Source: Pseudomonadota bacterium (GTDB lineage Bacteria; Pseudomonadota; Alphaproteobacteria; RF32; CAG-239). From it: a stretch of DNA of 64,000 nt. Positions 57,981 to 64,000 of the stretch are shown here, one piece after another. Position 1 is the first letter of the stretch, and each line of letters opens with the position of its first letter. Position numbers and translations under genes: made by a program. The DNA lies in contig CAKJXZ020000003.1 in NCBI GenBank assembly GCA_918234285.1, forward strand, positions 32,001 to 96,000, given 5' to 3'. The notes below the pieces were generated by a model. The model saw only the letters and a list, made by a program, of their open reading frames with translations. It did no database searches and had not been told where the DNA came from.

Positions 57981-58715
57981 ATGAAAAATATGGAGATAAT
58001 TCACACCAATCCGGAAAACGGAAATCCGGTTGTTGATGTGCATGAATATCGCGATGTTTTGGCGCACGAGCAAACCCTGAACCATAAAGAAGTTTTTGAA
58101 TATTTTGCTTCCGTTACCGCCAATCCGCATAAAGTTGATGAAATGCTGGATAATCTGTTTCATCAGCCGGCAATGGAACAGGCCTATCGCCTCAGCCGCA
58201 TTGATCCTGACTATGTAGAAGACTTTATTGCCGGAGTTAAGAAATTCCCGGAAATCGATAAAAGAAATCTGATTAATGAATTTTATGCCTCTTATGCCAG
58301 AGCAGCCAGCGCCGAAGAAGGATTTGTCGACGGTTTATCTTCAATCTCCGGCAATGAATGGCAGAGTTTAAGCGAAAACCTGGCAAAGCGTCCGAACCTT
58401 AAGCACCTTTCTCTCAGAATGATGGAGCCGGCAGAAAATATCCTTCCGCCGGATGTTAAACCGATAGAAAAAGAAGGCTTCGGCAAAAAGATTATGCGTT
58501 GGTTTGAAAAGAAAAAAGTCGACACCAAAGGCATGAAAAATATTGCGGCAGGCATCGCAGCTGCGGTTGTATTAACTCCGGCCGCAATGAAGTTGATGAA
58601 ATTAACCGCCAAAGAAGATTTTGCTAAAATCGCCAAGAACGAACAAAAATCCGCTCAACAGAATAATCAGGATATGAGCAAGGTTTATGATATGAACAAA
58701 AATGTTCGCTCTTAA
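57981..58715 (+). CDS. Hypothetical protein, paralog of 34204..34746
   Basis: AGGAG RBS; shared N-terminal domain; extra hydrophobic helix IAAGIAAAVVLTPAAM. Confidence 0.75.
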   Translation: MKNMEIIHTNPENGNPVVDVHEYRDVLAHEQTLNHKEVFEYFASVTANPHKVDEMLDNLFHQPAMEQAYRLSRIDPDYVEDFIAGVKKFPEIDKRNLINEFYASYARAASAEEGFVDGLSSISGNEWQSLSENLAKRPNLKHLSLRMMEPAENILPPDVKPIEKEGFGKKIMRWFEKKKVDTKGMKNIAAGIAAAVVLTPAAMKLMKLTAKEDFAKIAKNEQKSAQQNNQDMSKVYDMNKNVRS

Positions 58716-58781
58716 TTAACAATACTTATAATTCAAGCCCCTTGTAACAACAAGGGGCTTTTTTTATGCTTTGCGGCACAC

Positions 58782-59555
58782 TTATTTAATATAAGGCAAA
58801 GCGTTAACCAAATCTTCTTCGGTATTAATATCGGCCGGAGCTTCCTGCACCAGTTTGATATTATCCACCAACATGGCGCGCACTTCCATCCCGTTTTCGA
58901 GCGCCCGCAGCTGTTCCAAAGCTTCACGTTTTTCGAGCACCCCGGTCGGCAACGACACCATTTTCTGCAGCGATGCCGCTTTGAAAACATAAATACCGAT
59001 GTGATAATACAAATCCTGATTCGGGCATTTTTCCGGATTACGCGTATATGGTGCGGTTGCACGCGTAAAATACAAACAACGTGCCTCTTTTTCGCCTTCT
59101 TTTAACCCCATAATGATTTTTACCACATTCGGATTATTTTTATCTTCCTCAGTTTTAATCAGCATACCGCAAGTGGCAATATCGCAACCGGTACGCTCCA
59201 CCATTTCGACAAGCGGCAACGTAACTTTCGGATCGACATTGATGTTATCGCCCTGAAAATCCACCACTATATCATATTTTGTACCGTCCGGATCCAAAAT
59301 TTTGAGCGCGGCGGCAATTCTGTCAGTACCGCTCGGCAGATTCGGGTCGGTTAAAATCGCGGTTGCGCCAAACTTTTTGCACTCATCGACAATCGCCTGG
59401 TCTCCGGCGGCGATGGCAACATCGGTATCAAGCGCATTTTTAACATTTTCATACACACGTTGCACCATGGTCTTACCGTTAATCACCCGCAACGGCTTAT
59501 TCGGAAGTCTGGTGGCGGCCAATCTGACCGGCATTAAAGTAATTACTCTGCTCAT
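58782..59555 (-). CDS. kdsB: CMP-Kdo synthetase
   Basis: PVRLAATRLPNKPL, SGTDRI, QGD, HIGIY, EALEQLRALENG. Confidence 0.95.
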   Translation of the reverse strand: MSRVITLMPVRLAATRLPNKPLRVINGKTMVQRVYENVKNALDTDVAIAAGDQAIVDECKKFGATAILTDPNLPSGTDRIAAALKILDPDGTKYDIVVDFQGDNINVDPKVTLPLVEMVERTGCDIATCGMLIKTEEDKNNPNVVKIIMGLKEGEKEARCLYFTRATAPYTRNPEKCPNQDLYYHIGIYVFKAASLQKMVSLPTGVLEKREALEQLRALENGMEVRAMLVDNIKLVQEAPADINTEEDLVNALPYIK

Positions 59556-59569
59556 TTTTTCGTCCTTTG

Positions 59570-60001
59570 TTAAAGTTGACCGTATTTAATATCTTTGGCT
59601 TGCGCCGTAAATTCTGCCTTTATTTTGGCGATAATCTCCGCTTTTTGAGCCGGATCATATTTGCCGGTAGTGCGGTTCCACACCGTATCCGGCCACTCCG
59701 GATCGCCCTTTTGGCGACACACGATATGCACATGCAGTTGCGGCGTCATATTACCAATCATTGCCACATTATCCTGGTCACAAGGAAAAAGCTTAAACAT
59801 TACGCTCTCCGCCAAGGCAATTTCCCGCATCAGCTGAAACCTTTCATCCATGCTCAGATTCGTCATGTTTTTGGTATTTTCTTTTTTCGGCACCAAAAAA
59901 ATCCACGGATAATGCTTATTATCCTCAAACAGAACGCGACACAATTTCAAATCCGTAATATAGTCTTTGGCCGCAAGTCCCGCCACAAGTTGAAAAGCCA
60001 T
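59570..60001 (-). CDS. HIT family protein
   Basis: YPWIFLVP, NVAMIGNMTPQLHVHIV. Confidence 0.9.
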   Translation of the reverse strand: MAFQLVAGLAAKDYITDLKLCRVLFEDNKHYPWIFLVPKKENTKNMTNLSMDERFQLMREIALAESVMFKLFPCDQDNVAMIGNMTPQLHVHIVCRQKGDPEWPDTVWNRTTGKYDPAQKAEIIAKIKAEFTAQAKDIKYGQL

Positions 60002-60982
60002 TTACAGTCCTCCCACACTTTTGATTTGTATAATCTGTTGTACATCAATATTTTGCTCGGTGCAAAGACTTTTCACGGTTTTTCCGTTGGAAATTTCTTC
60101 CGCCGTCACTCCGGTTTCGACACACAAAATCGGGGCAATTCCCGCATTGACGGCGCCCTTAATATCGGTACGCACCGTATCCCCTATCATACAGGTTCGT
60201 TTTTTATTGACGGCAATTCCGTTTTCTTTCAGCAAAGCAAACGTATAATCATAAATATTGGCGTGCGGCTTGCCGTATTCCACTACCTCGGCGCCGCGTT
60301 CTCTGAACATTTCGGCAATGGTACCGTTGCGCACCACAAACACCGCCTCTTTTTCCGGCACCAACGGATGCCCTTCTTTGGCAGTAAAATCCGGATTGGC
60401 ATTTAAGACAGGCAAACCCAAACTGACCGCTTTCTCCACACGTGCGACAAACGGCTCGGCCGTGGTGGTATCCCATACTCTGCGCCCGTCGCTCTCGTTA
60501 TTTTTTACCGGCCAATACATATCTTTATATTGCGGATACGCTGCCACATCTTCCTCATATAAAAACGGCACACCGCAATATATAAAGTCGGCTTCTTCCA
60601 TTGTGGCAACTTCTTGATACGGCGTATCGGCAAAAGCTTTACCGTGCGGTTTACCGATTACATAATATTTGCGCGGATGCAAACATTTTGCAAAAACAAT
60701 ATCGGTTCTTATCAAATGCTGCCGCAACACATCGCCCGACGACAGCATATAATTATAATCCCGCCCTTGTATCATTCCGCGCTTGCCGTAACTGCCGATT
60801 AAATCTTCTGCCATTTGCGTCGAATTTGAAATCACAACCACCGTTTTGCCCTGCGCAACCAACGCTCGCATCGTTTCCAAACTGCCGGCATAAAACTTGT
60901 TTCCTTCCCAAAAAACACCGTAGGCATCAAACAAGAACAAATCAAAACCGGCGGATATTTCGGCCAAATTATTATAAATCAT
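60002..60982 (-). CDS. HAD-IIA family hydrolase
   Basis: LFDAYGV, ISNS, NANPD, YGKPH, MIGDTVRTDIKGA. Confidence 0.9.
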   Translation of the reverse strand: MIYNNLAEISAGFDLFLFDAYGVFWEGNKFYAGSLETMRALVAQGKTVVVISNSTQMAEDLIGSYGKRGMIQGRDYNYMLSSGDVLRQHLIRTDIVFAKCLHPRKYYVIGKPHGKAFADTPYQEVATMEEADFIYCGVPFLYEEDVAAYPQYKDMYWPVKNNESDGRRVWDTTTAEPFVARVEKAVSLGLPVLNANPDFTAKEGHPLVPEKEAVFVVRNGTIAEMFRERGAEVVEYGKPHANIYDYTFALLKENGIAVNKKRTCMIGDTVRTDIKGAVNAGIAPILCVETGVTAEEISNGKTVKSLCTEQNIDVQQIIQIKSVGGL

Positions 60983-62042
60983 CTTTTGCTCCCGCCTTGT
61001 ACAAAATCGCCACCCGTGCCTTATGCGGAATTTTCCGATTTTGAAATTGCCGATTCGCCGCAACAAAATCCTTCCATGCGGCACGGCTCGATTTACGCTT
61101 TGCCGTCAACTCCGGCACAACCCAAATTTTATCGTATGCCTTAAAAATTTCTTTCCCGCCGAGAGTAAGCCCTGCAAACGGCAGTTTCTGTATGTGCTTG
61201 AGGGCATTAAGCAATCTTTCGGCGCGCGGAATATATTCACGCCGACACAAGCGTGCCAAAATCCTGAACTTGATTTCGTCGTGCCAGTTTAAAAAATCCG
61301 TATATTTAAAGCAATACACAGCATCGTCGATTGATTGCACCTGACCGGCAAAAACTTCATCGGCTTGCTTTTCGATATAATCTTCCGCACTTTGTAACCT
61401 CTTTGCCGTTTGCGCCAAACATTCGGCCGAAATCTGTGTTGCTGCTTCCAATTGCGGCAAAAAAGCCCGGATCGAATTACGCAGATAACGCTTATCAAAA
61501 TTGGATTCGTCCTGCACCCATTCAACCCCTTTTTGCCGCAGATAGGCCCGCATTACTTCCGGCTTAACCTGCAAAAGCGGCCGCAAAATCGACACTCCGT
61601 TGCGGTTGCTGATTTCGCGCATACAACACAGACCTTCGAGCCCGCTGCCGCGTTGCAAACGCATTAAAAACGTTTCGGCCTGGTCTTGCAAATGATGCGC
61701 CGTCAGCAAAAACTCAACCTTGTTTTGCCGACACCATTCGGTCAGCAACTTATAGCGAGCAGTCCGCGCCGCCTCTTCTATTCCCGTAGTCGGTTTGGTT
61801 CCTTGCCAATACAAAATATGATGTTCGATTCCGTATTGTTGCATAATTTTTGCCACATATCGCGCCTCCTCTTCCGAACTCGGGCGCAACCCGTGACTGA
61901 CTGTCAGCGCAATTATTTCATAACCGAAAACCGCTAATTGCTCTTTAGCCATTAAAACAAGCGCCAGAGAATCGGCGCCGCCCGATACGGCTACGGCGAT
62001 TCTCTGGGCCTTAATTTTATATTTTGCGAAAAATTCCTGCAA
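60972..62042 (-). CDS. tilS: tRNA(Ile)-lysidine synthetase
   Basis: AVSGGADS, EEAARTARY, AHHLQDQAETFLMRLQRGSG, RPLL, DESN. Confidence 0.96.
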   Translation of the reverse strand: MQEFFAKYKIKAQRIAVAVSGGADSLALVLMAKEQLAVFGYEIIALTVSHGLRPSSEEEARYVAKIMQQYGIEHHILYWQGTKPTTGIEEAARTARYKLLTEWCRQNKVEFLLTAHHLQDQAETFLMRLQRGSGLEGLCCMREISNRNGVSILRPLLQVKPEVMRAYLRQKGVEWVQDESNFDKRYLRNSIRAFLPQLEAATQISAECLAQTAKRLQSAEDYIEKQADEVFAGQVQSIDDAVYCFKYTDFLNWHDEIKFRILARLCRREYIPRAERLLNALKHIQKLPFAGLTLGGKEIFKAYDKIWVVPELTAKRKSSRAAWKDFVAANRQFQNRKIPHKARVAILYKAGAKDDL

Positions 62043-62999
62043 TTATTTATATCCGTGCAGAACCTCTTTACAGTTGAGTTTAATTTTCTCAACATTTACC
62101 TTGCTCTTCAGCTCGGCATTTGCCTTCGGATATTCTTCATCAAAGTTCATCAAAACCAGACAAGCACGATGACTATCGTCCAGCAATACAAAAGTCGTAC
62201 CTAAACGGTACAGACTGTCTGCACCTTTGTTACCGTTCTTATAGTTATCGTAACCGTCTTTGAAGGCAACCTTAGCCTTGCTGTAATTACCGCGCTTCAA
62301 ATAAACTTCGCCGAGCCAATACTGCGCATTGCTGGCCAAAGCATGGTTTGGAAAACGCTCCAAAATATCTTCATAAGCAATTTCTGCCTCGTCATACAAA
62401 CCGGCATTATATGCTTTCATGGCATTATTATAAATGGTTTGCGCATCGTCGGCAGGCGCTTTCGGTGCCGGTGCCGGAGCAGGTTTCGGCGCGGCTGCTT
62501 TTGGAGCCGGTGCCGGAGCAGGTTTCGGTGCGGCTGCTTTCGGAGCCGGTTTTTCCAACGGAGCTAAATCCTTACCTTTGATTTTGTCGCCGGCAACGGA
62601 CTCGGCCGCATCTTTAGCCACCGGTGCGTTATAAACCGTCGGGAACCTCGGAACCGGTGCGCTTAAACTATCCGGAATCGGGCGACCTTCCAAAATTTTC
62701 AGGCGAATTTCCATATCGCGATTATATTTTTCGATTTTATCGTTATTCTCTTTGAGTTTATGATCCAACTCGTCCAAACGTCCGTTCAGTTTGCGAATCG
62801 CTTCATCATATTCACCGATTTTTCCCTGAACATCACCGTTTGCCGAAGCCTTTCTTTCGTTCTCGCGATATAATTGACGTTGTAAAATCGTCACGTCTTC
62901 GCGTAAATTGGCAACTTCACGAGCCAAGTCAGCAGCGGAAGCAACATCAGCCAACATTACCCCGCACAAAGAAATCATACATAATTTAATAAGTTTCAT
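62043..62999 (-). CDS. cpoB: Tol-Pal associated CpoB (YbgF)
   Basis: Signal peptide, coiled coil, TPR (NAQYWLGE); duplicated 13-aa PKAAAPKPAPAPA linker; lies between pal and tilS. Confidence 0.88.
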   Translation of the reverse strand: MKLIKLCMISLCGVMLADVASAADLAREVANLREDVTILQRQLYRENERKASANGDVQGKIGEYDEAIRKLNGRLDELDHKLKENNDKIEKYNRDMEIRLKILEGRPIPDSLSAPVPRFPTVYNAPVAKDAAESVAGDKIKGKDLAPLEKPAPKAAAPKPAPAPAPKAAAPKPAPAPAPKAPADDAQTIYNNAMKAYNAGLYDEAEIAYEDILERFPNHALASNAQYWLGEVYLKRGNYSKAKVAFKDGYDNYKNGNKGADSLYRLGTTFVLLDDSHRACLVLMNFDEEYPKANAELKSKVNVEKIKLNCKEVLHGYK

Positions 63000-63101
63000 T
63001 TTCTACCTCGTTATTTGTTTTGCTATATGTTTTATAACGATTTTTTTCCGATATGACAAGTGTTTGCATAAATATACACAGTTTCATACTTCCGACAAAA
63101 G

Positions 63102-63518
63102 TCATTTAACAACCGTATAAAACAAAATAAGACCTAGCAATCTGCATATTAAAACGCAGACCAACAAGAAAAATAACGGAGCAATCAACGCCCCAAAAAA
63201 CACATTACCTTTAAACCGAGAATCACCGTCATCCGAATCGCCATCAGAACTGTTATCAGGAGTCTGACGCCCCTTTCCATATCTCCGCTTACTGTCTTCA
63301 TAAACACGAATTGCGTTGTCGCCGGAAAAATGATAACTGCACTTGATGCAAACAGCGGCATCCGGCGGTAAATTCGCCTTGCATTTATCGCATACTTTAT
63401 AAAATCGTTCGCCATTGTCATAAATTTTGCGACCGCATCTGGAGCATACTCGATACAGCAACAACCAGTATGTTGCAACTTCGCGCTGACAATGGAAACA
63501 ATAGTATCTTTTTTTCAT
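63102..63518 (-). CDS. Double zinc-ribbon membrane protein
   Basis: Four CxxC pairs (CFHC, CSRC, CDKC, CIKC) and a C-terminal TM helix. Confidence 0.65.
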   Translation of the reverse strand: MKKRYYCFHCQREVATYWLLLYRVCSRCGRKIYDNGERFYKVCDKCKANLPPDAAVCIKCSYHFSGDNAIRVYEDSKRRYGKGRQTPDNSSDGDSDDGDSRFKGNVFFGALIAPLFFLLVCVLICRLLGLILFYTVVK

Positions 63519-63617
63519 GTGTTCCCTTTGGGTTGATTATTACAGACCGTAGAAAAAAACAAAAAAGACGCAACCGAATTAGTTGCGCCTTTTAATGGAT
63601 CTACCTTAAGTGTCGTA

Positions 63618-64000
63618 TTATTCAGCAGAGCTGACAACTGTAACGGCACGACGGTTTTGAGCCCAAGCTGCTTCGTTGCTGCCGAATACAGCCGGTCTTT
63701 CTTTACCGTAAGAAATCGTAGAGATTCTGTTTTCAGCAACACCTTGAGATACCAAGTAAGCTTTTACAGCGTTAGCACGGCGTTCACCCAATGCCAAGTT
63801 GTATTCGCGAGTACCTCTTTCATCGCAGTAACCTTGAACGATTACATTTACATCGTCATGGCTCTTCAACCAAGCTGCCTGAGTATCCAAAGCTGCGCGA
63901 GCTTCAGCTGACAAAGCAGAGCTGTCTGTGTCAAAGAATACGGTATCCGTTGTGTTTTCAGCGAAAGAACGAGCGAGTCTGGATTCGCAGTCAGCACCGC
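63618..64000 (-). CDS. pal: Peptidoglycan-associated lipoprotein Pal (5' end off window)
   Basis: GYCDERGTREYNLALGERRA, SYGKERP, QNRRA. Confidence 0.95.
   Translation of the reverse strand, partial: GADCESRLARSFAENTTDTVFFDTDSSALSAEARAALDTQAAWLKSHDDVNVIVQGYCDERGTREYNLALGERRANAVKAYLVSQGVAENRISTISYGKERPAVFGSNEAAWAQNRRAVTVVSSAE

Noticed and set aside
62455-62550. 39-bp duplication in cpoB as a contingency locus
   Set aside because: In-frame Pro/Ala linker expansion, common in this family and not phase-variable

Overview
A 64-kb chromosomal window from an alphaproteobacterium. The class call rests on ctrA, a GTTC-N7-GTTC LexA box, CarD/CdnL, DUF2155-mlaD and a Zn-free L36. PPDK and the [FeFe]-hydrogenase maturase HydE suggest anaerobic metabolism; a host-associated RF32-like lineage is plausible but is inference. 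Most genes are housekeeping: lexA, hup, ppdK, secDF-yajC, mlaD x2, a Gld-like ABC system, comF, sucCD, suf genes, ettA, rpmJ, ctrA, htpX, rplKA, kdsB, tilS, cpoB, pal and three tRNAs. Lineage-specific orphans are scattered between them. No integrase, transposase, CRISPR array or rRNA was seen. The most notable observations are: (1) an intact sucCD pair whose catalytic phospho-His is replaced by Tyr, inside a suf-comF operon; (2) RPE-like palindromic elements with covarying stems, including a 115-bp tandem array after ppdK; (3) repeats behind all three tRNAs that carry copies of that tRNA's own 3' arm; (4) several orphan proteins without signal peptides that end in similar basic tails, candidate secretion effectors; (5) an orphan FcoT/ScoD-like enzyme, a Cys-remodelled NADAR, a stand-alone RNAP alpha-CTD protein, an lgm-like lipid A modification locus and two atypical G|RSMIE pilins. 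All family calls are from motif recognition by eye; no searches were run.
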